A stretch of 64,000 bases of DNA. It comes from Candidatus Sumerlaeaceae bacterium. Lineage in GTDB: Bacteria; Sumerlaeota; Sumerlaeia; Sumerlaeales; Sumerlaeaceae. Location: the NCBI GenBank assembly GCA_051003195.1, contig JBPCLP010000055.1, forward strand, positions 32,001 through 96,000, written 5' to 3'. The position numbers and the translations under genes were made by a program. Positions 1-9,850 of the stretch are shown here, one piece after another. Numbering within the stretch: the first letter of the stretch is position 1; every line of letters starts with the position of its first letter. The notes under the pieces are model-generated. The model did not search any database and was not told where the DNA came from. It saw nothing but the letters and a program-made list of their open reading frames with translations.

Positions 1-27
1 CCACTGGCGCTGGCAACAGCGGTACTC

Positions 28-297
28 ATGCTGTTACACGCTGTCATTAAAGGCCAGGTCCAGGGCGTCGGCTTCCGATATTTTGTGCTGAAGAGCGCAC
101 AACAGTACAAGCTGACCGGCTGGGTCCGCAACCTTCCGAATGGCAACGTTGAAGTGGAAGCGCAAGGCGACGAGGACAGTCTTTATGAACTCGAACAGGC
201 GCTATGGAAAGGTCCGCACTTTTCGAGGGTAGAGGACGTTGCGTGTAACCGCACCGAACAAGAGCGGCCGTACAGCGAGTTCGAAGTGCGCCGCTGA
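28..297 (+). CDS. acyP: acylphosphatase
   Basis: GQVQGVGFR and GWVRNLPNGNVE signature motifs, 89 aa. Confidence 0.95.
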   Translation: MLLHAVIKGQVQGVGFRYFVLKSAQQYKLTGWVRNLPNGNVEVEAQGDEDSLYELEQALWKGPHFSRVEDVACNRTEQERPYSEFEVRR

Positions 298-313
298 ACC
301 GTCGCCGGAGTCG

Positions 314-1027
314 TTACGGCCCGATGCGTACCAGGTCCCCGTCCGAAACAGTGCCGTTCGTAGGATCATAGGACAAATCCTCCAGCAGCGTACGCATGTA
401 TGGCACGTTGGTCAGTGTGGCGGGCGTGGCGGGAGTGTTTTCCATGAAATTGGTGACCTGATTTTCGTTAATGTCTCCCAGCCGCGATGGGTTGCGGGTA
501 TCCGAGTACGTACCGAGCACGTTCGGATTTGTGGTGCCCTTACCCCCGGGTGCAAGCAGGTCGTTGTCAGGCCCAACGCTCGTCAGCACGTACCCATTCT
601 TAGTCGTCTTTGCGGGCCGATAACAGTAAGTCATGATGTGCGAAATATGCCCGGCGAAAACATCGGTTGGCACCGTCGTCATGTATGCGATCGGCGTTGT
701 TATACCTGCAAAGTCGCGACCCACCGTCAGCGCTGTGCCATTGCGGGTTCGAAATCCGTAGAAACCAGTCTGAAGCCCATATTGAGATAAAAAGTCGGCA
801 ATGCGCTCATCATAGCCCGTGGCACTATCGGTTCCGTCCGGGTAGCTGTTGTTGTCGACGCGATACGATTCAATACCCGTCGCGAGTGCGCGAAGGTCGT
901 TCTTCACCCGGGAAACTTTAGCGCGCGTCTGCGCCTCCAGAAAATTCGGAACTGCAATTGCAGCAAGGATTGCAATAATCGCCACAACAATCAAAAGCTC
1001 GATCAGGGTAAAGCCACGGCGCACCAC
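314..1027 (-). CDS. type IV pilin / GspG-like prepilin
   Basis: G|FTLIELLIVVAIIAILAAIAVPNFLEAQTRAK class III signal; C-terminal YDPTNGTVSDGD; AGGAGG RBS before GTG. Confidence 0.9.
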   Translation of the reverse strand: MVRRGFTLIELLIVVAIIAILAAIAVPNFLEAQTRAKVSRVKNDLRALATGIESYRVDNNSYPDGTDSATGYDERIADFLSQYGLQTGFYGFRTRNGTALTVGRDFAGITTPIAYMTTVPTDVFAGHISHIMTYCYRPAKTTKNGYVLTSVGPDNDLLAPGGKGTTNPNVLGTYSDTRNPSRLGDINENQVTNFMENTPATPATLTNVPYMRTLLEDLSYDPTNGTVSDGDLVRIGP

Positions 1028-1318
1028 AATTCCCTCCTAACAGGGTAGCGATTGCCATCTGTTGCGCAAGCTGTATTCCGCATGCAGCTCATCATGTAAG
1101 CCAAATAAAAGCAATGTTCGCATAGCATCCAACTGCTGTCAGAGCCGTGCTTATCGGCTGATCTGCCGCGCATGGAGTGGAGCATTTCAGCCAGTATTTT
1201 GCGGAGCTGAACAATGGCACCGATCTAATTATCTTTGGGTTTGGATTGCGGTTGCGCGTGCGAAACGGTCAGTTTCACGCTGGCAGATACATAACTCCCG
1301 ACCAGCTACGGAGCTCCA

Positions 1319-1657
1319 ATGAAAAAGATCGAATGTATAATCCGGCCGCACCAGTTGGAGATGGTGAAAAGCGATTTGCTCGCATTCGGCATTCAAGGCA
1401 TGACCGTCTACGAAGTGCAGGGGTTTGGACGGCAGAAAGGGCACCAGGAGATGTATCGCGGCAACGAGTACATGGTTGATTTTGTGCCGAAAGTTAAACT
1501 GGAGATCCTGGCCGATGAAGAACAGGCCGATGCCATCGTCGATATCATAAAAAAGGCGGCCTATACCGGAAAAATTGGAGACGGGAAAATCTACGTTAGT
1601 TCTGTTGAGAGCATGATTCGCATACGTACCGGCGAAACAGGACCGGACGCTATCTAG
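1319..1657 (+). CDS. glnB: P-II nitrogen regulatory protein
   Basis: 112 aa; GFGRQKG, YRGNEY T-loop, TGKIGDGKI. Confidence 0.95.
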   Translation: MKKIECIIRPHQLEMVKSDLLAFGIQGMTVYEVQGFGRQKGHQEMYRGNEYMVDFVPKVKLEILADEEQADAIVDIIKKAAYTGKIGDGKIYVSSVESMIRIRTGETGPDAI

Positions 1658-1753
1658 TGTGCCGAATCAAAAATTCCTATCCACTTTGAGCGCGGAAGAT
1701 GAGCTCAGTTCGGCACACAGAACCGAATACGAATGACCGGTAGATCACACTAG
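1654..1753 (+). mobile_element. MITE copy 1 (IS630-like ends, TA-flanked)
   Basis: CTAGTGTGCCGAATC...GTTCGGCACACAGAACCGAATACGAATGACCGGTAGATCACACTAG; overlaps glnB TAG stop. Confidence 0.85.
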
Positions 1754-1839
1754 CAGTTGAAACCGCTCTTCGCGGGTGCAAAGTTTCGCGGATTAGGTGG
1801 TACTGGACCGCCTGAAATCGCAACAGGCGGTCGCTTGAT

Positions 1840-3165
1840 TTGTTGTTGTTCTTCTTTTTGGTTAAGTGCAGGATCCCGGCATTGCTTTCGGTGCTCGTGT
1901 GCGTGCTGTTTGCGCCAGGACTTCGCGCGGCAGAATCCGACGACGCTGCCATGCCGGTACGAAAAGCTTCCGCAAAAAAAGCGAGTGTCGATTCGGACGA
2001 AAAGTCCAGGATCGAAAGCAAGAAGCCCGGCGCTAAAACAAGCGCGAGAACCGAGAAAACCAAAACATCAGCAGGCAGAGCTGCCGCCAAAGAGTCGTCT
2101 ACAAAAACAAAGAAAAAACCGGCAGCCGATTCTGGGAAAACATCAGCTTCGGAAAAGCCTGCCTCAAACGCGACAGCCAGGTCCAGGACACAGGCGAAAA
2201 CTTCGGACGATCCGATCGCAATGCCTGTTCGCAGTAAAGCATCAAGGCGGACGCAAATAAAGGATGAAGAACCGGAAGTTGAAACTCCCGCAGAAACCCA
2301 GCCTGCCACAACGGAACCTGTGGATCTGCCTGACCCGCAAGTAACACGCTCGGCAGCGCTGGCCGCACCGGCGTCCACTCTTCCGCCCCCGGCTGCAACG
2401 AACAGTCAGTCCGCTCCGGGAACCGGATTTTTCCGGCGCCTGTTCAGCCGCCGCTCCAATCGCACGCAGACGCAGACCACCCAACAGCAGCCGTTGTCCT
2501 TCAATACAGATTATGCCACCCGCGCCGCAGGCGCTATCATTCCGGTGGTTTTACCTGGTTTCGGCTGGGGCGGCGTCGATCTGCCCATCGGTTCCGAGGA
2601 CCCCTACCGACTCTCAACCCTGCCGTCGGATTTTCGTCCGACGGATCTCGTACTTCTTCCAAAAGATTATTCGTATTATAAAAATCCCATCTATCTGCGC
2701 CAGGAGGCCGCGCATAGCCTGACACGCATGTTTAACGACGCAGCGCGCGAGGGGCTGACGCTTAAAATCTTCAGCGGCTATCGAGACTACGCGCACCAGC
2801 AACGGTTATACACGCAGGCTGTCTCGCGAAATAAAAATCAGAATACCGTAGCAAGGCCCGGCAAGAGCGAACACCAGCTTGGCACTACTGCAGACGTAAC
2901 CAACAATGCCAAATACCTGATGAAGCGCTCTTTTGCGGAAACTCCCGAGGGAAAGTGGCTCGTCGCAAATGGCGCCCGTTATGGGTGGAAGATGACCGTT
3001 CTAAGAGGAACTGGCCCACGGAGCCATGCTGACGAGCCATGGCACATTCGTTATCTAGGCTCGAACGTGAATGCTGCAAACCAAGTGGTTCAGCAACCGC
3101 AGCAGCAGCCCCAGCGGCGATCTCTTCTTGGGCGGTTGGGCGGGCTTTTCGGTCGCCGTGGATAA
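1840..3165 (+). CDS. M15 (VanY-like) D-Ala-D-Ala carboxypeptidase with long K/S/A-rich N-terminal region (start uncertain)
   Basis: SGYRD, SEHQLGTTAD and EPWH metallopeptidase motifs; signal peptide-like N-terminus. Confidence 0.85.
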   Translation: MLLFFFLVKCRIPALLSVLVCVLFAPGLRAAESDDAAMPVRKASAKKASVDSDEKSRIESKKPGAKTSARTEKTKTSAGRAAAKESSTKTKKKPAADSGKTSASEKPASNATARSRTQAKTSDDPIAMPVRSKASRRTQIKDEEPEVETPAETQPATTEPVDLPDPQVTRSAALAAPASTLPPPAATNSQSAPGTGFFRRLFSRRSNRTQTQTTQQQPLSFNTDYATRAAGAIIPVVLPGFGWGGVDLPIGSEDPYRLSTLPSDFRPTDLVLLPKDYSYYKNPIYLRQEAAHSLTRMFNDAAREGLTLKIFSGYRDYAHQQRLYTQAVSRNKNQNTVARPGKSEHQLGTTADVTNNAKYLMKRSFAETPEGKWLVANGARYGWKMTVLRGTGPRSHADEPWHIRYLGSNVNAANQVVQQPQQQPQRRSLLGRLGGLFGRRG

Positions 3166-4663
3166 CGCGTGCAAGTATTCCGTACCGAGGGCTGCGGTCT
3201 CTCTACTGGTCTACGTATTCGCCATTTGCGTGTCCTGCGCCAATGCAACACCCGTTGAACGCACAGAACTCCAGTCGCACATTACCGATCTCCTTAGCAC
3301 ATCACCCGCGAGGACCGTTGCGGTCTATGTGCTCGATGCGAACACAAGCGAAGTACTCGTCAATTTAACAGGCGAGCAGCCCGTCAAGCCTGCATCCTGT
3401 AATAAGCTGCTCACTACGGCCGCAGCGCTTTCGCTGCTCGGGCCGGAATTCACCTTTCACACCCGGGTGCTTTACACAGGTGAGCACTGGCAGCGTGGTG
3501 GAGTGCTACACGGCGATCTGATCATCGAAGGTGGCGGGGATCCGACAATCTCCGGCCGCTTCGCTAAAGATAAACGCGATGTTACTTCGATATTTCGAAA
3601 CGAATGGGAGTCGACGCTGGGCGGCTACTTCGATCGGATCGAAGGTAATATTATTGCCGACGATTCGTTCTTTGATGACGAGTACTTCCACCCGGCGTGG
3701 TACCCGGCTGAGCGTGCCGAGTGGTACGAGGCGGAAATATCCGCACTGGCATTCAACGATAACTGTGTGGACCTGTCGTGGTCCTCCAGGAATAAGCTCC
3801 CCGGCGCTATTGCGGACGTGCAGCTTAACCCAAAAACTAAATACGTAACGCTACAGAACAATGTTAGAGTGGCCGCGAAAGGCCGGCGTGTAGAGCGCTA
3901 CTACACACGCGCGGCCGAACGAAACGACATCACCGCCTCGGGAACCCTTGCATTGGATTCAACCAAAGAAGACAGTGCGGCCATTCACAATGGCGCGCTG
4001 TACTTCGCCACCGTATTAAAGGATACCCTCACGAGTGATGGCTTCAGGATATCAGGCAAGCCGCTGCATCGACGTGGTGCTGCGTCGGTAAAAGGCGCAG
4101 AAGAATTGATCGATCACCCGTCGCCTCCTCTCGCGGAAATTATAAAGGTCGTCAATCTGAACAGCCAGAATTTCTACGCGGAGTGCCTGTGCAAAAGCCT
4201 TGGCAAGCTGCGAGGCAGCGGCGGCAGCTTTGCGGCAGGCACCGACGTCATCGAGAAGTTCGCGCGCGATCATCGAATCTTTCATGAGGGACACGATGCG
4301 GTGGATGGTTCCGGTCTCTCGCCTCGCAATCGCACAACTGCGCGCCAGCTCGTGGAAACGTTGCGCTTTATGGATGGAACCGAGTGGCGCGATGCATGGC
4401 GCGCAACGCTGCCCCAGGGCGGGACGCGCGGCAGTTTGAAATCGCGGTTCCAGGGCACAGCCGCATCCCGCGCACTCGCCCCGCGAATCTTTGGCAAAAC
4501 CGGACTGATTGGAGGCGTGCGTTCGCTGTCGGGGTTTGTGAAAAATGACGACGGACGCGAGCTCTATTATAGTATCGTACTGAACGAGCTGTCGGAGGGC
4601 CGCGCCGAAGAAGGCATGGCGATGATTGACCGCATTGCTCTCGCACTGGCAGAAGCGCAGTAA
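3158..4663 (+). CDS. dacB: D-Ala-D-Ala carboxypeptidase/endopeptidase (PBP4, peptidase S13)
   Basis: PASCNK (SxxK), SQN, KTG, GGGDP and DGSGLS motifs; GTG start at 3158 inferred. Confidence 0.9.
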   Translation: MDNACKYSVPRAAVSLLVYVFAICVSCANATPVERTELQSHITDLLSTSPARTVAVYVLDANTSEVLVNLTGEQPVKPASCNKLLTTAAALSLLGPEFTFHTRVLYTGEHWQRGGVLHGDLIIEGGGDPTISGRFAKDKRDVTSIFRNEWESTLGGYFDRIEGNIIADDSFFDDEYFHPAWYPAERAEWYEAEISALAFNDNCVDLSWSSRNKLPGAIADVQLNPKTKYVTLQNNVRVAAKGRRVERYYTRAAERNDITASGTLALDSTKEDSAAIHNGALYFATVLKDTLTSDGFRISGKPLHRRGAASVKGAEELIDHPSPPLAEIIKVVNLNSQNFYAECLCKSLGKLRGSGGSFAAGTDVIEKFARDHRIFHEGHDAVDGSGLSPRNRTTARQLVETLRFMDGTEWRDAWRATLPQGGTRGSLKSRFQGTAASRALAPRIFGKTGLIGGVRSLSGFVKNDDGRELYYSIVLNELSEGRAEEGMAMIDRIALALAEAQ

Positions 4664-4665
4664 AG

Positions 4666-4680
4666 TGGCATAAATCTCGC
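4666..4680 (+). promoter_or_regulatory. candidate sigma-54 promoter
   Basis: TGGCATAAATCTCGC has GG-N10-GC spacing and lies ~35 bp before the next ATG. Confidence 0.35.
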
Positions 4681-4713
4681 CCCCCTTAGTGGTTATTGAA
4701 CGGGAGGCCAACC

Positions 4714-5151
4714 ATGAGACTACCACTGAATCTGGACACCACCGCACTTAAAGAGATCGGCATGGTGCTTCCCAATCTGGCGATACTTACCGGCAAACTT
4801 GCATTGGATAAGCGCGTGAGTTGGGAGACCAAAGGCATGCTGCTTGCCGGAACCGCTTACATCGTCTCACCCATCGACTTTGTACCGGATGTTATTCCGG
4901 GCCTCGGACAGGTAGAGGACCTTTTCGTTGCGGTGCTTCTGCTTGACGGCATTCTTAATGAAATCGATCCCGCGATAGTCGAGGAACATTGGAACGGCGA
5001 TTTAGCAACACTCACGCGGTTGCGAGTGATTGTAAATTCCATCATGGCCTTTGTCCCCGCCTTTATTCGCGAACAAGTCGTGCGACGCGCTTTTCACAGT
5101 CCACGAAATCCGGTAAACGCGGTACGGAAATTCGTTCCGGCTGGACGCTAA
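4714..5151 (+). CDS. DUF1232 / YkvA family protein
   Basis: YIVSPIDFVPDVIPGLGQVED motif; GGAGG RBS. Confidence 0.85.
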   Translation: MRLPLNLDTTALKEIGMVLPNLAILTGKLALDKRVSWETKGMLLAGTAYIVSPIDFVPDVIPGLGQVEDLFVAVLLLDGILNEIDPAIVEEHWNGDLATLTRLRVIVNSIMAFVPAFIREQVVRRAFHSPRNPVNAVRKFVPAGR

Positions 5152-5187
5152 GTTCCCGGCCGAACCGGCATCCATGCGAGCCCCGCT

Positions 5188-5874
5188 GTGAAGCTTAGCA
5201 TACTGTTACCGCTCCTGCTTGTCTCGATGCTCGGGTTCTCACTTCCGCCTGTAAAAACCAACACGGCTCGAAAGCCGGAAATCAATCATTGGGATACCTC
5301 CATTGAGAATCGCGAATACCAGCAATGGATAAAGGAGAAGCAATCCGGGTGGATTGGCGTGAAGGCGCCCGAGCCTGGAGCCAACGCCGTCGACCACATG
5401 ACAACTCCGATTCGCCTTGCCGATTATCGTGGCAGGCGGGTGTTGCTCTACGGGTTCTACGGTGGCAATTTTAATTACGAAGCGGATGAGCCGAAACTAC
5501 ACGATGCTTTGCGGACGCTTCACCGCGCGCGCATCAGCAGACATGGTCGGCTCGCAGTGATCGGTTTCACCTCCTCCATGGAACTGTACCCGCAAAACTG
5601 GGGGCGCACGGACGCGGACATTGAACCTGAGCTACGCCAGCTCACCCGTTTTCCTTTGGTGCTTAATCTAAACCGCGACTTCCCTCCGCCGTATGATCCA
5701 GTCCTCAAAGTATCGGCTTACGGAGGGTGGGGAGCAATACTGATTGACCAGAACGGCATCATCCTGCGCATATACAATGCGCCGCTCACGCCAGCCCAGG
5801 TGCGCGAAGTTTTCACTATGCCCGACTGGACACAACCCCCACGACGGCCCCTCACCGCTGCTGAGTCCCCCTGA
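5188..5874 (+). CDS. secreted thioredoxin/TlpA-like fold protein lacking cysteines
   Basis: signal peptide; IRLADYRGRRVLL and ILIDQNGII resemble TlpA/AhpC strands. Confidence 0.5.
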   Translation: MKLSILLPLLLVSMLGFSLPPVKTNTARKPEINHWDTSIENREYQQWIKEKQSGWIGVKAPEPGANAVDHMTTPIRLADYRGRRVLLYGFYGGNFNYEADEPKLHDALRTLHRARISRHGRLAVIGFTSSMELYPQNWGRTDADIEPELRQLTRFPLVLNLNRDFPPPYDPVLKVSAYGGWGAILIDQNGIILRIYNAPLTPAQVREVFTMPDWTQPPRRPLTAAESP

Positions 5875-6033
5875 ACAGCAATCTTTCCCGATTCGCTATT
5901 GCCAAGCGCGCTAAACGTGCTTGGACGGAGCGCATGAATTCCTTCCGCGCGAAAAAGTCGACCTTGCGAAACGCGGCCTTTTTACGCGTTAGCCTGCCAC
6001 TCCTCCTGGTCTTTGACGGTGCAGCGGGTCGTA

Positions 6034-6124
6034 CTAGTGTGCCGTTCATAGCTATACTTCAGGAAGCTTTCGAGCTCGGACGGCACACAAAACCAGTGAT
6101 CGGATTAATGGGACATCACACTAG
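6034..6124 (+). mobile_element. MITE copy 2 (9 bp shorter)
   Basis: CTAGTGTGCCGTTC...GGACGGCACACAAAACC...CACACTAG. Confidence 0.8.
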
Positions 6125-7094
6125 CGCACAAACGAGCGCTTTTTATCCGAATCCGCTGACCCAGACCGACGCAGCCGATCCGAGCCTGCTCGCGCATGGC
6201 AATCAGCTGTATCTCTATAGCACGGGGTGCATGGTTCGCGGCGGCGGCGCCTACCCGATATCGGTTACTTCACGGGAGGACCGTACCTCCTGGACGTCAG
6301 TCGGTGGTGTATTTTCGAAGGAGACATTCCCCCAGTGGACAATGGTTGGAAGATGCAAATACTGGGCACCTGAGGTCCACCGCATTGCAGGACAACTGGT
6401 CTGCTACTTCTCGGTATGGGATCAAAACGAGCGTTTCTGCATAGGCGCCGCTACCTCAGATTCGCCAGCAGGTCCATTCAGGGATGTCGGTGCTCCGTTG
6501 GTCAGCAATCCGGAATATGGACTTATTGATGCAGGATATTTTCACGATCCGATCACGCGACGCCACTGGCTGATGTGGAAAGAGGACAAGAACGCCCTCA
6601 CGCCACAGCAGCCGACGAACATCCTCATCCAGGAACTTACGAGCAACGGGCTCGCTGTAAAAAACGAAGCCGTCGTTTTGATCGCGAACGACCAGGAGTG
6701 GGAGCATGAGCTTGTGGAAGCGCCGTCCCTGATTTACCGTTCTCCATACTACTACCTGTTCTATAGTGCGAACGGGTTCAGCAGCGATCTTTATGGCGTA
6801 GGTGTCGCGCGCTCGACGAACGTGAACGGACCGTATCATAAATTCAACAAAAACCCAATCCTGAAAAGTAACAAGCGCTTCGACGGCCCGGGACACCAGT
6901 TTCTCTTCGAGGAATCGCCCGGCGTATGGACAATGTTCTATCACGCGCGCGATAGAGCAAGCGCTAGTCGAAGCCGCCTGCTGATGTCTGACCCCGTGCG
7001 CTGGAGCAAAACAGGCTGGCCATACATCAAACACGGCACTCCATCCGACGGGTGGACTACCGGCGCTGCGACATCCAAACACCGTCCGAAATGA
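6108..7094 (+). CDS. glycoside hydrolase family 43 (arabinanase/xylosidase-like); start uncertain, ORF open from 5934
   Basis: ADPS, WAPEV, ID, EAP, YYLFYSAN and GPGH GH43 motifs. Confidence 0.85.
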   Translation: MGHHTSAQTSAFYPNPLTQTDAADPSLLAHGNQLYLYSTGCMVRGGGAYPISVTSREDRTSWTSVGGVFSKETFPQWTMVGRCKYWAPEVHRIAGQLVCYFSVWDQNERFCIGAATSDSPAGPFRDVGAPLVSNPEYGLIDAGYFHDPITRRHWLMWKEDKNALTPQQPTNILIQELTSNGLAVKNEAVVLIANDQEWEHELVEAPSLIYRSPYYYLFYSANGFSSDLYGVGVARSTNVNGPYHKFNKNPILKSNKRFDGPGHQFLFEESPGVWTMFYHARDRASASRSRLLMSDPVRWSKTGWPYIKHGTPSDGWTTGAATSKHRPK

Positions 7095-7207
7095 CGACTG
7101 GCCGTGCGACACACGGCACGGCAGCAGTACTCCTGGGAACAGAGCATTCGATCAGCTAAATAGACGCGCGGGCAATCTTTTCTCCCCGTGCATGGTAACA
7201 CTGATCA

Positions 7208-7900
7208 ATGTCTGCATCGGGAACAATATCGCCGCCCGTCGTTGAAACTCTCAGGCGCACTTCGACTCGCGTGAAGATTTGCGGGATCACCAACATTGCG
7301 GATGCCCGAATCGCTGCCGAGGCCGGCGCGGATTTCCTGGGGTATAATCTGTATCCGAAAAGCCCGCGATACATAGCGCCGCCGCAGGTGCGCGCCATTA
7401 CGAATCTCCTGCGCATCGACTTTCCAGAACTTAAGCACGTGGGTGTTTTCGTGGACGCGCCAGCCGAGGGAGTCTGTCAGACGCTCGATCTCGCCGGACT
7501 CGACATGGCACAGCTCCACGGAACTGAAACCACGGCCTACTGTGGCTCGTTGGCTGAACGCGGCGTCCGTCACATTAAAGCCATGCGCTTTGGCGGCACA
7601 TCGGCACCGAGTCCGTGGTCGGATTTTCCTACTGCTGAATTCTATCTCTGTGACACTTACGATCCCATTAATGCAGGCGGTACTGGACGGGAGTTTGATC
7701 ATAGCCTTCTGCCCCGGGACCTGCCGCTTGAGCGCACTTTCCTTGCCGGCGGCCTTACGCCCGAAAACATAGCCACGGCGGTTGCTGAAGTACGCCCATT
7801 CGCGGTCGACGTCAGCTCAGGCGTTGAGCTCTCCCCCGGCAGAAAATCGGCGGAGAAGATCAAAACCTTTATCCAGCAAACAAGGAAAGTTGAATCATAA
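7208..7900 (+). CDS. trpF: phosphoribosylanthranilate isomerase
   Basis: VKICGIT, QLHG, GGTG, LAGGL, VDVSSGVE. Confidence 0.95.
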   Translation: MSASGTISPPVVETLRRTSTRVKICGITNIADARIAAEAGADFLGYNLYPKSPRYIAPPQVRAITNLLRIDFPELKHVGVFVDAPAEGVCQTLDLAGLDMAQLHGTETTAYCGSLAERGVRHIKAMRFGGTSAPSPWSDFPTAEFYLCDTYDPINAGGTGREFDHSLLPRDLPLERTFLAGGLTPENIATAVAEVRPFAVDVSSGVELSPGRKSAEKIKTFIQQTRKVES

Positions 7901-7958
7901 ATTGCACCGGCGAACCTGCTCCTACGAATTGAGGGCACGAAGCTGAGTAACTGCACCC

Positions 7959-9176
7959 ATGTCCATTACCCAACCTCTTCCTACCGCGGCATCGTTACCG
8001 GATAGCCGCGGCAAGTTTGGCCAGTTCGGCGGTCGTTATGTCCCCGAGACCCTCATGTCCGTCCTCATCGAACTGGAGGCCAAGTACCGGGAAATCTGCA
8101 GCGATGCGTCCTTTCGTGCGGAACTCGACGAAATGCTGCGCGATTACGTCGGTCGGCCAACCCCACTCTATCGCGCCGATCGCCTCAGCGAAGCTGCCGG
8201 GGGTCGATGCCGCATATACCTCAAGCGCGAGGACCTTTGCCATACCGGCGCACATAAGATAAATAATTCGCTGGGTCAGGCGCTGCTCGCGAAGCGCCTC
8301 GGCAAAAAGCGTATTATTGCGGAAACCGGCGCGGGTCAGCACGGCGTAGCAACTGCCACCGCCTGCGCAAAGCTCGATCTCGAGTGCGAAGTATTCATGG
8401 GCGCTGAGGACATGGAACGCCAAAACCTGAACGTCTTCCGGATGGAACTCCTGGGAGCAAAGGTCACCCGCGTCACCAGCGGCACACAGACCTTAAAAGA
8501 CGCAACCAATGAAGCCATGCGTGACTGGATGGCGCGCTGCGACGATACCCATTATATTATTGGCTCCGTGGTAGGTCCGCATCCATTCCCCATGATTGTG
8601 CGCGATCTTCAATCCGTCATCGGCCATGAGACACGGCGCCAGATCCTGGAAAAAGAAGGTCGTCTGCCAGATGCCATCGTTGCATGCGTTGGTGGCGGTA
8701 GCAACGCGATGGGAATATTCTATCCATTTTACGAGGATACCGGCGTAAAGTTTTTTGGCGTTGAAGCGGCAGGTTGCGGTTTAAACACGCAGGAGCATGC
8801 TGCGACCATCTGCAAGGGCGCCGTCGGCGTCTTTCACGGCGCGAAAAGCTTCGTGCTCCAAACCGAGGACGGCCAGATTACGCCTGCGCATTCCATTTCG
8901 GCTGGGCTCGATTATCCCGGCACCGGGCCCGAGCATAGTTTCTATGCGGAGAGCGGACGCGCAACCTATGGGGCTGTGACGGACGAAGAGTCCCTGGAGG
9001 GCGTTAAGCTGCTCTGCCGTACAGAAGGGATTATCCCAGCTCTTGAAAGCGCCCATGCAATCTACTATGCTTCAAAGCTGGCTGCTACGATGGACGGTGT
9101 CATCGTGATCAGCTTGTCCGGTCGTGGCGATAAGGACGTGTTCTCCATAGCAAAAGGCTTAGGCCAAAAGCTGTAA
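7959..9176 (+). CDS. trpB: tryptophan synthase beta chain
   Basis: [40 protein letters not shown]. Confidence 0.97.
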   Translation: MSITQPLPTAASLPDSRGKFGQFGGRYVPETLMSVLIELEAKYREICSDASFRAELDEMLRDYVGRPTPLYRADRLSEAAGGRCRIYLKREDLCHTGAHKINNSLGQALLAKRLGKKRIIAETGAGQHGVATATACAKLDLECEVFMGAEDMERQNLNVFRMELLGAKVTRVTSGTQTLKDATNEAMRDWMARCDDTHYIIGSVVGPHPFPMIVRDLQSVIGHETRRQILEKEGRLPDAIVACVGGGSNAMGIFYPFYEDTGVKFFGVEAAGCGLNTQEHAATICKGAVGVFHGAKSFVLQTEDGQITPAHSISAGLDYPGTGPEHSFYAESGRATYGAVTDEESLEGVKLLCRTEGIIPALESAHAIYYASKLAATMDGVIVISLSGRGDKDVFSIAKGLGQKL

Positions 9177-9211
9177 CCGGTTGTAGGTACCGGGTTTATC
9201 ATCCAGGAGCC

Positions 9212-9356
9212 TTCAGTAGCACCCGCAGGGCTCAATCGCAGAATGGCAAAGCCGGTCTCGGATTGAACATCCCCCAAAGCCCGGTGTAATCCGGCGGCTG
9301 GGTGGCAGGTAAGACACCCGTGGTTCTGGCTTGACTGGGTAGGGACGCTGCACGAA
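9212..9356 (+). ncRNA. structured RNA candidate, 6S (SsrS)-like
   Basis: nested pairings GUAGC/GCUGC, UCAA/UUGA, CAGAAU/GUUCUG, AGCCG/CGGCU, CGGAUU/AAUCCG, ACAUC/GGUGU; GGGUG/CACCC hairpin on the 3' side of a central bubble; G-U pairs favour the + strand. Confidence 0.45.
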
Positions 9357-9471
9357 TCTACGCCCGTTGTGTCTTAACCAGGCACCTGTTAGATTTGCGG
9401 GACAGTCCGGCAGCATCGGATACGATTCCGCCCTGGCAACCATCCCAGGACGAGGGGAGGGATTAACCCCG

Positions 9472-9684
9472 ATGGGACAAGTTACAGTCGAAGAAAATGA
9501 GCCTATTGATAAGGTTCTGAAGCGCTTCAAAAAGGAGTGCCAAAAAAGCGGCATTCCGGCTGAATTGCGCCGTCGTGAGCATTATGAGAAGCCCAGCGAA
9601 CGCAAAAAGCGCAAAATTGAAGCTTCCCGCCGCAAGGCGCGCCGCCGTCAGGCCAAGCTCATGCGTAAGCTGGAAAACTACTAG
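9472..9684 (+). CDS. rpsU: 30S ribosomal protein S21
   Basis: LKRFKK and [10 protein letters not shown] motifs; GGAGG RBS. Confidence 0.95.
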   Translation: MGQVTVEENEPIDKVLKRFKKECQKSGIPAELRRREHYEKPSERKKRKIEASRRKARRRQAKLMRKLENY

Positions 9685-9716
9685 ACCGATTCAGGCTTGG
9701 AAATTGTTGGTTACCG

Positions 9717-9747
9717 AAACCGGATGGTGAAAGCCATCCGGTTTTTT
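9717..9747 (+). terminator. intrinsic terminator after rpsU
   Basis: AAACCGGATGG-loop-CCATCCGGTTTTTT. Confidence 0.85.
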
Positions 9748-9762
9748 GTTTGGAGTGCGATG

Positions 9763-9827
9763 GGTCGTATATCGGACTTATAGGTCGTATAGGTCTTATG
9801 GGACTTATAGGTCTTATGGGTCGTATG
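9763..9827 (+). repeat. 9-bp tandem repeat, 7 units of GGWCKTATR
   Basis: ggtcgtata tc ggacttata ggtcgtata ggtcttatg ggacttata ggtcttatg ggtcgtatg. Confidence 0.85.
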
Positions 9828-9850
9828 GGAAGACGAAGAGGCGGTCAAAA

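Noticed and set aside
1213..1230. Sigma-54 promoter upstream of glnB (TGGCAC)
   Set aside because: The -12 GC element is missing at the required spacing.
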